Below the pieces are notes generated by a model. The model did no database searches, was not told the origin of the DNA, and was given only the letters and a program-made list of their open reading frames with translations. DNA of 64,000 bases, from assembly GCA_964016885.1 (NCBI GenBank), contig OZ024743.1, forward strand, positions 83,328,001 to 83,392,000, written 5' to 3'. Position 1 is the stretch's first letter. Each line of letters begins with the position of its first letter. Source of the DNA: Eledone cirrhosa. Taxonomy: Eukaryota. Positions 1 to 12,806 of this stretch are shown piece by piece. The position numbers and the translations under genes were made by a program.

Positions 1-656
1 ATCTCTCACAACAAAAACATCCTGATCTATGAATCAAATTAAGAAACGACAAGATATGATTTATATCATGATTCAACAGACACCCAATCTTGAATCATCG
101 TAGATTGAGTGATGGACATGTAATCTATAAATTGCGTTTCCTGGATTATGTGAGTGGTGGTGGGTGCGAGGACAGTGGTGCTGTTTTGCTTCTCATTTGT
201 AATATTTTTGATATTTTTGGTGTTTCTCTACAAACGGGCTTATATATCGTACAGGTGTGTGTGAAAAATACTTTAACAATACAGCACCTATGATGCTATT
301 GATTGCCTGCTTTTACTGCTTGTTTTTACATGTAACAATCTGCCGCACTATAATCCTGTATAAATAAGACACGCGTGCATGCCACACGTGAGACTGTTTC
401 ATACACTGACTACTCTAAACTTTCCTCTTGCTTTATCTTCATAAACTGCCAATGTTTTATTTTTATTTTTATTTTTATTTTTATTTTAATTTTAACTTTA
501 ATTTTGTCCTTTAATATGAATGTAACCTTTGTATGTAAATTGCCATGCTATATCATTATGATGGATGTCAACCCACTGTGGGTCAATATATACATATGTT
601 TTTGTATGTCTCTTGTGTTGATAAAGAGGTCAAGTATGTTAAAAATCACTAAATAG

Positions 657-705
657 TTGCTCCGAAGAATCCAAACCTCGGTTTGGAGGAAACAATTGTA
701 AGCAA
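657..705 (+). ncRNA. Type I hammerhead ribozyme, variant core CCGAAGA
   Basis: ttgct-CCGAAGA-a-tccaaac[ctcg]gtttgga-g-GAAA-caattG-UA-agcaa. Stems I and II pair, stem III is palindromic (ACAATTGT), and AATAAA then (TA)n follow. Confidence 0.7.
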
Positions 706-743
706 ATAAATGATTTAAACTGAACTTTGATTCATGTAATTTC

Positions 744-1100
<357 letters not shown>

Positions 1101-1104
1101 CATA

Positions 1105-2000
1105 CATTCAAAATATTAACAAAAATAGAACTTCATTGTGATCAAGTAAATTTTATTATACATATTTCAGAGGTACTGAGCTAACTTCAACAGTACGTCC
1201 TCATCAGATAAAATACGATGATGCATGACATACCCTGACATAGTAGATGGTTAAGATCCAGTCATGGTAGTGAGTAAGATATGACAAAACTCAATATTTA
1301 TATACCTTAAGATTGATACATAAAAAAACTTACATATAATACATATAATACAGAGGGTGCGTGTAAGAAAGCTTAAAAATACATAACACTAATTTACATA
1401 ACTGTTAGAGATTCAAATAATTATTGAAGAAAGAGGAAAGAAAAAAGACAGAGAGAAAACATATGAGAGGAAAATATAGCTAGAAGAGGTATAGAGAGCA
1501 AAGGAAAATTGATCAAGGAAAGGGAGAAAAAGAGGAATAATTATAATTATAGGGAGCGATGTATAGTTATGTATGATATATATCCATACACAACTATACA
1601 TTTGGGCATATGTATGCGATAGAGTAAACTCGAATCATTGAATTATTGAATTATCTGGAAATATTCATCAATCTAAATCCTAAATATAACTGGGTGTAAT
1701 CAATAAAGGTTAATTTCCTCAGTTAATTAGTTATATATACTATCCAAATGTGTCCGGTTGACCGTTAACTTTCAAATCATTTAAGTTAGTTCAGAGTAAT
1801 GAATTAATTAAAGTGTATAATATTTCAGGCTATAAAAGTTTATAAATATCTGTATTAATATTAAAGTATACTATCATATTTAATTTATAAAATCCTATTT
1901 TATGAATTCATATTTAAACTATTTGTAAAACATGCTATTTTTCATCCTCTCGAAGGTAGTTTTTATTTTCAATTATTTAAAATCAATTAGCGAGTCTTCT
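1105..2000 (-). mobile_element. Penelope-like (Naiad-family) 3' region / pseudo-LTR fragment
   Basis: 1105-1270 is highly similar to 26385-26550 and similar to the 3' end of the Naiad element (~30780-30910). It contains the same hammerhead. The AT-rich upstream extent is approximate. Confidence 0.65.
1150..1215 (-). ncRNA. Type I hammerhead ribozyme
   Basis: Reverse complement reads tattttat-CTGATGA-ggacgtactg...cagtacctct-GAAA-tatgta-TA-ataaaat. Confidence 0.85.
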
Positions 2001-2096
2001 TCTCCTTCCCAAGTCTTGGATGTTGCAGTAAAGGTGAGGGTTACTGCACCGGTAGCTTAATGGAATAAAATTCTAAAATACCAGGAATTATCGGCG

Positions 2097-2440
2097 CCAG
2101 CATCAGGGCCACTCTCAGTATGAGGGGCCCCATCCTCTGTGTGTCCTGAATACAGCAACTGTTCTCCGGATGAAAGTATCAGCTGTCCTATCTCTAACCA
2201 CCTTGTCTCACTCAATCTTAGTACTCTTATCTTGTAGTACTTCATCTCCCTCGCTACTTGAACGGTCTTTCCTGTTTCATGTAGAAATTTTTGTTGTTGT
2301 CCTGGGTGTGAGAAGGGTGGGAGTTGCCTCGCAGTTTCCTCTCGGCTGTCATTGCGCTGCGTCGTATCTCTCCAAGATGGAGACCCTTCCTCTTCAATAC
2401 CTCTCTGAGGCGCATGCACAACATCAAATGGCTGAAGATC
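2097..2440 (-). mobile_element. RTE LINE 5' fragment (APE endonuclease N-terminus)
   Basis: Translates ETGKTVQVAREMKYYKIRVLRLSETRW...LLYSGHTEDGAPHTESG. Confidence 0.8.
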
Positions 2441-2660
2441 AATAGATGATCTGTGAGAGGGAGCGGGAGCGAGCTGGACAGGGACAGTGGCAAAGCAGAT
2501 TCTGCGGAGGAAGTGGAACTGGATTGGACATACCCTCAGGAAACCAGCATCTGGAATCCAACTGGAGTGGAGTAGTGAGAGCAGCCCAGGATCGTGTATG
2601 ATAGCTAAGGGTTGTCAATGACCGATGCTTCACAGAAAGCGACTGGGCTGAATGAATGAA
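2441..2660 (+). mobile_element. RTE LINE 3' end fragment
   Basis: Translates ILRRKWNWIGHTLRKP, an RTE RT C-terminal motif. Short (GAAT)n tail. Confidence 0.75.
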
Positions 2661-2670
2661 AGGCAACAAA

Positions 2671-3057
2671 GTGGCAGAGACGTTGGAGCCTTGGATAGAA
2701 TGCTTTGTGGTCTTCCCTCCGGGTCTCGGCTCTCGGAGTTCAAATCCCGCCGAGGTCAATTTTGCCAAACCACGCACGAATAGCTTATTAATACGCCAAG
2801 CAAGTAGCTTCGCTACACCTTTCATCCTTTCGATGTCGATAAAAAAAAGTATCAGCCTAGTACTGGTGTCAATTCTTCTTCCATATCTCTTCTTCACTTC
2901 CACACTCTCTATCCTTCTCTGGAAGAAATCTTCTGTGTTCAGACTTGGAGAGAGATGGACTCCACCAGGCTTAAAATACTCAAGAAACGCCGTGTACAAC
3001 TACGGCGCCCCTGTAACTCCATCAGGAGTTTACGTGACCATACCATACCATACCATA
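2671..3057 (+). mobile_element. tRNA-derived SINE, long-tail subfamily (second copy at 38755-39065)
   Basis: A box TGGCAGAGACGTT, B box GAGTTCAAATCC, core CCTTTCATCCTTTCG..GTCGATAAAA. The 3' tail is shared with 38930-39065. Confidence 0.75.
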
Positions 3058-3855
3058 TGTTTAGCGGGGGTAATGATAAATATTAGTTTAATGATGTGGT
3101 GGTTTGCTTGGTTCATTGTGATGGTTTAGTAAGGGTGCAAAGATGATGAGTCAGTAGCTTGTTGATCAAGTAATGTCAAGTGATGTCTGTCTCAATGAGT
3201 GAAGAGAAGTTTTGCCATGTTCAAAGAAACAAGTAGTTGTATTCGTGTGAAGTGTTATTACCCCGAGGAAGATGGTTTTTTGGGGGGTTTTTTTTTCAAA
3301 TCACATGGATAGGAATTAACAAATGAACAAGACATCGCTAATTTTAATGTTTTTATTTGTAACAGGATTTACTTTGAAATCATGTACAGTAATGAACAAC
3401 GGGAAAAAAAAAAAAGATGCACGCATAGATGCAGTGTATTATTTGTGTAACTGTAGATTCCAAAGAAGTAGATTTTACTAACTTGGTAGCAAACTCAGTT
3501 AGTGTCGATCCCAGCAGGGTTGGCTAGCGAGTGTGTTTGAGGCTACATCGCAAGGCTGGCAAAGCAAGTTGTAGCAGAAAAGTCGACTATCTTTTGGGGT
3601 TGAAAACCTCTTGTGTATATAAAAGGGTTAGGTTGCCAAGAAACATTAAATAGATCGCCTTTTCAACTGTCCTTTTTTTCGGACACTCAGGTACCGTGAG
3701 TCTCCTACAAGAGAATATCTAAGTTTGTTTCTCTGAGTTCATAAGTCAGTCTTTTGGTGGTCGTGAGTGGCAGGCTAAGAAAACTATCGTGGGGAAATAT
3801 GTCGAGGTTTCGCTACATGTATCTGCATAACCTTATACAATTATAGTGTTAGATC

Positions 3856-4200
3856 AATATCTTCTGAACACCAGCCAGCTTATTCATTCATTTCTACCAG
3901 ACGGTTTCTCTCCAGTTTGTTCTATGAGTGTGTGTATGTCTATATGTTTATATTTGTGTGTGTATGTCTATATGTTTAGATCTGTGTGCGTGTATGTCTA
4001 TATGTTTATATCTCCGTGTGTATATCTATATCTGTGTGTGTGTATGTCTATATGTTTATATCTGTATGTATATCTATATTTTTATATTTGTATATCTATA
4101 TTCAATATCTTCTGAACACCAGCCAGCTTATTCATCCATTTCTACCAGACGGTTTCTCTCCAGTTTGTTCTATGAGTGTGTGTATGTCTATACGTTTATA
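3856..4200. repeat. Local ~250-bp tandem duplication: ~70-bp unique head plus TG/TA-rich array
   Basis: caatatcttctgaacaccagccagc...gttctatgagtgtg occurs at 3856 and 4103. Confidence 0.85.
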
Positions 4201-4788
4201 TCTGTGTGTATGTCTATATATTTATATCTGTGTGTGCATGTCTATATGTTTATATCTGTGTGTGTGCATGTCTATATGTTTATATCTATGTGTGTGTCTA
4301 AATGTTTACAGCTGTGTGTGTGTGTATGCCTATATATTTACATCTGTATGTGTGTGATAGTTTCTCTCACTGTCTCTCTCGTATGTCTATATATGCGTGT
4401 CTACGTGTATTTATGTGTGAATATGTGCCTACGTGTATGCTTGTGCAGCAATTAGTTTATGAATGTGTGTGTATCTATGTGTTTTTATCTATATCTATGT
4501 GAGTGTATGTGTCTATATGTGTCTGTTGTTAAAGGCTGTTCCAGCCGTGGTCAAAGAAGATGGCCGTGTTATTGAAATTTAAGGGAATATTTGGCTGCGA
4601 TTTCTAGCCAGTTAAAAGTCGACCTTGCTGGTAGCGTGTTTTATAGAAGGGAGACAACTCTCACACATTTCTTTTTCACCGGTCTCTTTTGTGTCAATTT
4701 CTATAACAGATTTTCTTTATTTTTATTGAAATCTTGTTTTCGTTGTTGTTGGTGCTGTTGTTATTCTTATTTTGGTTGTTGTTGGTGA

Positions 4789-4926
4789 TAATTGTTTCTA
4801 CTTTAGGCACAAGGCCAGCAATTATCCCAGCGTATTACTGGTACTTTATTTTATCGACCCCGTAAGGATGAAAGGTAAAGTTAACCTCGGCGGGATTTGA
4901 ACTCAGACCATAAAGGGTCCTAACTC
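4789..4926 (-). mobile_element. tRNA-derived SINE (main family), 5'-truncated
   Basis: Reverse complement of GAGTTCAAATCCCGCCGAGGTTAACTTT.CCTTTCATCCTTACGGGGTCGATAAAATAAAGTACC...AGAAACAATT. Confidence 0.9.
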
Positions 4927-4944
4927 TCGGTGATAATTATTGTT

Positions 4945-6530
4945 ACTGGGGCTGTTGTTAGTGGGGTGCTGCTGTTATTAGTGGGGTGCTGCTGTTATTA
5001 GTGGGGTGCTGCTGTTATCAGTGGTGGTGCTGCTGTTGTTAGTGGTGGTGCTGCTGTTATTAGTGGGGTGCTGCTGTTATTAGTGGTGGTGCTGCTGTTA
5101 TTAGTGGTGGTGCTGCTGTTATTAGTGGTGGTGGTGCTGTTATTAGTGGGGTGCTGCTGTTATTAGTAGGGTGCTGCTGTTATTAGTGGGGTGCTGCTGT
5201 TGTTAGTGGGGTGCTGCTGTTATTAGTAGGGTGCTGCTGTTATTAGTGGGGTGCTGCTGTTGTTAGTGGGGTGCTGCTGTTATTAGTGGGGTGCTGCTGT
5301 TATTAGTGGGGTGCTGCTGTTATTAGTGGGGTGCTGCTGTTATTAGTGGGGTGCTGCTGTTATTAGTGGGGTGCTGCTGTTATTAGTGGGGTGCTGCTGT
5401 TATTAGTGGTGGTGCTGCTGTTGTTAGTGGGGTGCTATTGTTATTAGTGGGGTGCTGCTGTTATTAGTGGGGTGCTGCTGTTGTTAGTGGGGTGCTGCTG
5501 TTATTAGTGGTGGTGCTGCTGTTATTAGTGGGGTGCTGCTGTTATTAGTGGGGTGGTGCTGTTATTAGTGGTGGTGCTGCTGTTGTTAGTGGGGTGCTAT
5601 TGTTATTAGTGGGGTGCTGCTGTTATTAGTGGGGTGCTGCTGTTGTTAGTGGGGTGCTGCTGTTATTAGTGGTGGTGCTGCTGTTATTAGTGGGGTGCTG
5701 CTGTTATTAGTGGTGGTGCTGCTGTTATTAGTGGGGTGCTGCTGTTATTAGTGGTGGTGCTGCTGTTATTAGTGGGGTGCTGCTGTTATTAGTGGTGGTG
5801 CTGCTCTTGTTAGTGGGGTGCTATTGTTATTAGTGGGGTGCTGCTGTTATTAGTGGGGTGCTGCTGTTATTAGTGGGGTGCTGCTGTTATTAGTGGGGTG
5901 CTGCTGTTGTTAGTGGGGTGCTGCTGTTATTAGTGGTGGTGCTGCTGTTATTAGTGGGGTGCTGCTGTTATTAGTGGTGGTGCTGCTGTTATTAGTGGGG
6001 TGCTGCTGTTATTAGTGGTGGTGCTGCTGTTGTTAGTGGGGTGCTATTGTTATTAGTGGGGTGCTGCTGTTATTAGTGGGGTGCTGCTGTTATTAGTGGG
6101 GTGCTGCTGTTATTAGTGGGGTGCTGCTGTTATTAGTGGGGTGCTGCTGTTATTAGTGGGGTGCTGCTGTTATTAGTGGTGGTGCTGCTGTTGTTAGTGG
6201 GGTGCTATTGTTATTAGTGGGGTGCTGCTGTTATTAGTGGGGTGCTGCTGTTGTTAGTGGGGTGCTGCTGTTATTAGTGGTGGTGCTGCTGTTATTAGTG
6301 GGGTGCTGCTGTTATTAGTGGTGGTGCTGCTGTTGTTAGTGGGGTGCTATTGTTATTAGTGGGGTGCTGCTGTTATTAGTGGGGTGCTGCTGTTGTTAGT
6401 GGGGTGCTGCTGTTATTAGTGGTGGTGCTGCTGTTATTAGTGGGGTGCTGCTGTTATTAGTGGTGGTGCTGCTGTTATTAGTGGGGTGCTGCTGTTATTA
6501 GTGGTGGTGCTGCTGTTGTTAGTGGGGTGC
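4945..6530. repeat. 20/22-bp minisatellite (GTTATTAGTGGGGTGCTGCT)n
   Basis: Directly visible, with higher-order variant blocks. Confidence 0.95.
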
Positions 6531-9500
6531 TGCTGTTATTAATGGTGGTGCTGCTGTTGTTAGTGGTGGTGTTGTTGTTGTTAGTGGTGTTGTTGTTATT
6601 AGTGGTGGTGTTGTTAGTGGTGTTGTTGTTGTTAGTGGTGTTGTTGTTGTTAGTGGTGGTGTTGTTGTTATTAGTGGTGGTGTTGTTGTTAATGGTGGTG
6701 GCGGTGTTAGTGGTGGTGGCGGTGTTAGTGGTGGTGGTGGTGTTAGTGGTGGTGGTGGTGTTAGTGGTGGTGGTTCTGGTGGTGTTAGTGGTGGTGGTGG
6801 TGTTAGTGGTGGTGGTTCTGGTGGTGTTAGTGGTGGTGGTGGTGTTGTTAGTGGTGGTGGTGTTAGTCGTGGTGGTGTTAGTGGTGGTGTTGTTAGTGCT
6901 GGTGGTGTTAGTGGTGGTGGTGCTGGTGGTGTTAGTGGTGGTGTTGTTAGTGGTTGTGGTGTTAGTGGTAGCGGTGCTGGTGGTGTTAGTGGTGGTGGTG
7001 TTAGTGGTGGTGGTGTTAGTGGTGGTGGTGTTAGTGGTGGTGGTGTTAGTGGTGGTGGCGTTAGTGGTGGTGGTGCTGGTGGTGTTAGTGGTGGTGGTGT
7101 TAGTGGTGGTGGTGTTAGTGGTGGTGGTGTTAGTGGTGGTGGTGTTAGTGGTGGTGGTTCTGGTGGTGTTAGGGGTGGTGGTGTTAGTGGTGGTGGTGGT
7201 GTTGATAGTGGTGGTGGTGTTAGTGGTGGTGGTGTTAGTGGTGGTGTTAGTGGTGGTGGTGGTGTTAGTGGTGGTGGTGGTATTAGTTGTGGTGGTGGTA
7301 TTAGTGGTGGTGGTGGTGGTGGTGTTGTTAGTGTTGCTGTTGTTAGTGGTGGTATTAGTGGTGGTGGTGGTGTTAGTAGTGGTGGTGTTAGTGGTGGTAT
7401 TAGTGGTGGTGGTGGTATTAGTGGTGGTGGTGGTATTAGTGGTGTTGTTGGCGTTAGCGTTTTTCTTCATGTACAAACGTATTTTAATTATTGTAATGAG
7501 ATGGTGTCATTTGTATTGTTGGTGGTATTCGTGATGGTGGTGGTATTGGTGGTATTGGTGGTGGTGGTGGTATTGGTGGTGGTGGAGGTGTTTGTGGTGG
7601 TATTGGTGGTGGTGTTGGTGGCGGTATTGGTGGTGGAGGTGTTGGTGGTGGTATTGGTGGTATTGGTGGTGGTGGTGGTATTGGTGGTGGTGGAGGTGTT
7701 TGTGGTGGTATTGGTGGTGGTGTTGGTGGCGGTATTGGTGGTGGAGGTGTTGGTGGTGGTATTGGTGGTATTGGTGGTGGTGGTGGTATTGGTGGTGGTG
7801 GAGGTGTTGGTGGTGATATTGATGGTGGTGGAGGTGTTGATGGTGGTATTGGTGGTGGTGGTGATGTGGTGGTGGTATTGCTGGTGGTGGAGGTGTTGGT
7901 GGTGGTATTGATGGTGGTGGAGGTGTTGGTGGTGGTATTGGTGGTGGTGGTGATGTGGTGGTGGTATTGGTGGTGGTGGTGATGTGGTGGTGGTATTGGT
8001 GGTGGAGGTGATGTGGTGGTGGTATTGGTGGTGGAGGTGATGTGGTGGTGGTGGTGGTATTGGTGGTTGTGGAGGTGTTGGTGGTGGTATTGGTGGTGGT
8101 GGTGCTGTGATGGTGGTGGTATTGGTGGTGGTGGAGGTGTTGGTGGTGGTATTGGTGGTGGAGGTGATGTGGTGGTCGTATTGGTGGTGGTGGAGGTGTT
8201 TGTGGTGGTATTGGTGGTGCAGGTGATGTGGTGGTGGTGGTGGTATTGGTGGTGGTGGTGGTGTTGGTGGTGGTATTGGTGGTGGTGGTGGTATTGGTGG
8301 TGGTGGTGGTGTTGGTGGTGGTATTGGTGGTGGTGGTGGTATTGCTGGTGGTGGTGGTGTTGGTGGTGGTATTGGTGGTGGTGGAGGTGTTGGTGGTGGT
8401 ATTGGTGGTGGTGGAGGTGTTGGTGGTGGTATTGGTGGTGGTGGAGGTGTTGGTGGTGGTATTGGTGGTGGAGGTGATGTGGTGGTGGTATTGGTGGTGG
8501 TGGAGGTGTTGGTGGTGGTATTGGTGGTGGAGGTGATGTGGTGGTGGTGGTATTGGTGGTGGTGGTGGTGTTGGTGGTTGTATTGGTGGTGGTGGTGGTA
8601 TTGGTGGTGGTGGTGGTGTTGGTGGTGGTATTGGTGGTGGTGGTGGTATTGGTGGTGGTGGTGGTGTTGGTGGTGGTATTGGTGGTGGTGGAGGTGTTGG
8701 TGGTGGTATTGGTGGTGGAGGTGATGTGGTGGTGGTATTGATGGTGGTGGAGGTGTTGGTGGTGGTATTGGTGGTGGAGGTGATGTGTTGGTGGTGGTGG
8801 TGATGTGGTGGTGGTGGTGTTGTTGGTGGTGGTATTGGTGGTGGTGGAGATGTTAGTGGTGGTATTGGTGGTGGTGGAGGTGTTGGTGGTGGTATTGGTG
8901 GTGAAGGTGATGTGGTGGTGGTATTGGTGGAGGTGGTGATGTGGTGGTGGTATTGGTGGTGGAGGTGATGTGGTGGTGGTATTGGTGGAGGTGATGTGGT
9001 GGTGGTGGTATTGGTGGTGGTGGTGGTGTTGGTGGTGGTATTGCTGGTGGTGGAGGTGTTGGTGGTGGTATTGGTGGTGGAGGTGATGTGGTGGTGGTAT
9101 TGGTGGTGGAGGTGATGTGGTGGTGGTATTGGTGGTGGAGGTGATGTGGTGGTGGTATTGGTGGTGGTGGTAATGTGGTGGTGGAGGTGATGTGGTGGTG
9201 GTATTGGTGGGGGTGGAGTTGTTGGTTGTGGTATTGGTGGCGGTGGAGGTGTTGGTTGTGGTATTGGTGGTGGAGGTGATGCGGTGGTGGTATTGGTGGT
9301 GGTGGTGATGTGGTGGTGGTATTGGTGGTGGAGGTGATGTGGTGGTGGTATTGGTGGGGGTGGAGTTGTTGGTGGTGGTATTGGTGTGGGTGGAGGTGTT
9401 GGTGGTGGTATTGGTGGTGGAGGTGATGTGGTGGTGGTGGAATTGGTGGTGGTGGTGATGTGGTGGTGGTATTGGTGGTGGAGGTGATGTGGTGGTGGTA

Positions 9501-12440
9501 TTGGTGGTGGTGGAGGTGTTGGTGGTGGTATTGGTGGTGGTGGAGGTGTTGGTGGTGGTATTGGCGATGGAGGTGATGTGGTGGTGGTATTGGTGGTGGA
9601 GGTGATGTGGTGGTGGTATTGGTGGTGGTGGTAGTGATGATGGTGGTGGTGGTGATGATGGTAGTGGTAGTGGTTGTAGTGTTGGTGTGTTTGGCATTGG
9701 TGATAATGGTGGTGATGATGGTGGTTCTGGTGTTGGCGTTGGTAATAATGGTGGTGTTGGTGGTGTTGGTGTTGGTAATGGTGGGGTTGGTGGTGGTGGT
9801 GTTATTGGTGGTGGGGTTGGTCGTGGTGGTGTTATTGGTGATTGTGGTGGTATTGGTGGTGGTGGTGATGGTTGTGATGGTGGTGTTATTGGAGATGGTG
9901 GTGATGATGGTGATAGTGGTGGTGGTGATGGTGATGGTGGTGATGGTATTGGTGATGATGGTGGTATTGGTGACTGCGGGAGTGTTGGTGGTGGAGATGG
10001 TGGTGGTGGTATTGGTCACGGTGGAGGTATTGGAGATGGTGGTAGTGGTGGTGGTGTTGTTGGTGATAATGGTGGTAGTGGTGGTGTTGGTGTTGGTGTT
10101 GGTGATAATGGTGGTAGTGGTGGTGGTGGTGGTGGTGTTGGTGATAATGGTGGAAGTGGTGGTGTTGGTGTTGGTGGTAATGGTGGTGTTGGTGTTGGTG
10201 ATAATGGTGGTGGTGGTGGTGGTGGTGATAATGGTGGTAGTGGTGGTGTTGGTGTTGGTGATAATGTTGGTGGTGTTGGTGTTGGTCTTGGTGATAATAG
10301 TGGTAGTGGTGGTGTTGGTGTTGGTGATAATGATGGTAGTGGTGGTGTTGGTGTTGGTGATAATGGTGGTAGTGTTGGTGGTGGTGTTGGTGATAATGGT
10401 GGTAGTGGTGGTGTTGGTGTTGGTGATAATGGTGGTAGTGGTGGTGGTGGAGTTGGTGGTAGTGGTGGTGTTGGTGGTGTTGGTGGTAGTGGTGGTGGTG
10501 GTGTTGGTGAAAATGGTGGTAGTGGTGGTGGTGGTTGTTGGTGATAGTGGTGGTGTTGGTGTTGGTGATAATGGTGGTAGTGATGGTGGTGGTGGTGATA
10601 ATGGTGGTAGTGGTGGAGTTGGTGTTGGTGATAATGATGGTAGTGGTGGTGGTGTTGGTGATAATGGTGGTAGTGGTGGTGGTGTTGGTGATAATGGTGG
10701 TAGTGGTGGTGTTGGTGTTGGTGATAATGGTGGTGGTGTTGGTCTTGGTGTTGGTGATAATGGTGGTGGTGGTGGTGTTGGTGATAATGGTGGTAGTGGT
10801 GGTGTTGGTGTTGGTGATAGTGGTGGTGGTGTTGGTGATAATGGTGGTAGTGGTGGTGTTGGTGTTGGTGATAATGGTGGTGGTGTTGGTCTTGGTGTTG
10901 GTGATAATGGTGGTGGTGGTGGTGTTGGTGATAATGGTGGTAGTGGTGGTGTTGGTGTTGGTGATAATGGTGGTAGTGGTGGTGTTGGTGTTGGTGATAG
11001 TGGTGGTTGTGGTGGTGGTGGTGATAATGGTAGTGGCGTTGGTGTTGGTGATAATGGTGGTGGTGGTGTTGGTGATAATGGTCGTGGTGGTGGTGTTGGT
11101 GTTGGTGATAATGGTGGTAGTGGTGGTGTTGGTGTTGGTGATAATGGTGGTAGTGGTGGTGGTGGTGTTGGTGATCATGGTGGTAGTGGTGGTGGTGGTG
11201 TTGGTGATAGTGGTGGTAGTGGTGGTGGTGGTGTTGGTGGTAGTGGTGGTGTTGGTGTTGGTGTTGGTGATAACGGTGGTGGTGGTGGTGTTGGTGATAA
11301 TGGTGGTAGTGGTGGTGTTCGTGTTGGTGATAATGGTGGTAGTGGTGGTGTTGGTGATAGTGGTGGTTGTGGTGGTGGTGGTGATAATGGTGGTGGCGTT
11401 GGTGGTGGTGGTGTTGGTGTTGGTGATAATGGTGGTGGTGTTGGTGTTGGTGGTGGTGTTGGTGTTGGTGGTGTTGTTGGTGTTGGTGTTGTTAGTGGTG
11501 GCATTGGTGATAATGGTGGGGTTGGTGGTGGTGGTGTTGTTGGTCCTGGTGTTGGTGGTGGTGGTGTTGGTGATGCTGGTGTTGGTGGTGGTCGTGTTGT
11601 TGGTGGTGTTGGTGGTGGTGGTGGAGATGGTGGTGTTGTTGGTGGTGGTGTTGCTGGTCGTGGTGTTGGTGGTGGTGGTGGTGGTGATGGTGGTGTTCGT
11701 GGTGGTGGTGTTGGTGGTGGTGTTGGTGTTGTTGTTGGTGGTGATGGTGGTGTTGTTGGTGGTGTTGTTGGTAGTGGTGTTGGTGGTGGTGGTGATGGTG
11801 GTGTTGGTGGTGGTGGTATTGTTGGTGGTGTTGGTGTTGTTGTTGGTGGTGTTGGTGGTGGTGGTGTTGGTGGTGGTAGTGTTGTTGGTGGTGTTGGTGG
11901 TGGTGGTGTTGTTGGTGTTGGTGTTGGTAGTGGAGGCATTGGTGATAATGGTGGGGTTGGTGGTGGTGGTGTTGTTGTTGGTGGTGTTGGTGGTGGTGGT
12001 GGTGTTGGTGGTGTTGGTGGTGGTGGTGTTGGTCGTGGCATTGGTGATAATGGTGGGGTTGGTGGTGGTGGTGTTGGTGGTGGTGGTGTTGTTGGTCGTG
12101 GCATTGGTGATAATGGTGGGGTTGGTGGTAGTGTTGGTGGTGGTGGTGTTGTTGGTGGTGGTGTTGGTGGTGGTGGGGTTGGTGGTTTTGGTGTTGGTTT
12201 TGGTGATAATGGTGGTGGTGCTGGTGCTGTTAGTGGTGGTGGTGGTGTAGTTAGTGGTGGTGTTGGTATTGGTGATAGAGTTATTGATGGTAGTGATGAT
12301 GGTGGTGTTGGTATTGGTGATAGAGTTATTGATGGTAGTGATGATGGTGGTGTTGGTATTGGTGATAATGGTGGTGGTATTGATGATAGAGTAATTGATG
12401 GTTTTGGTGTTGGCATTGGTGGTGGTGATGATGGTGTTTG
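6531..12440. repeat. Compound (GGT)n-derived low-complexity satellite with successive motif blocks
   Basis: Blocks of TTAGTGGTGGTG, then GTATTGGTGGTGGAGGTGATGT, then GGTGATAATGGTGGTAGT, then GGTGTT. Confidence 0.95.
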
Positions 12441-12806
12441 TCATAATGACAATATTAAAAGCTATTAGCCAAATACAATAGTCTCACCATGTTTTTTTAT
12501 ATTTAAATGTCATCGAATCATATCAATCTAATGTGTGTGTGTGTATGTGTGTATGTGTGTGTGTGTGTGTGTTTATATATAGATACACACACACACACAC
12601 GCATACATTTATAATCAGATGCATGGCTGTGTAGTTGCGTAGTTGCTTTGTAATCATGTGGTTTCTGGTCCAGTCGCAATGTCTGACACTTTGGACAAGT
12701 GTCTTCTACTAGAGCCTCAAGTGGACCAATGATTTCTGAGTAAAATCTGGTAGACAGAAACTGTTGCCCATCAAGTACATACATATATACATACATATAT
12801 ACATAC

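Noticed and set aside
6478-12468. Long mucin-like (NTTT), poly-Val, poly-Gly and Pro/His ORFs of 300-950 aa
   Set aside because: They are open in several frames on both strands because GGT-type repeats lack stop codons. There is no unique domain, signal peptide or splice context.
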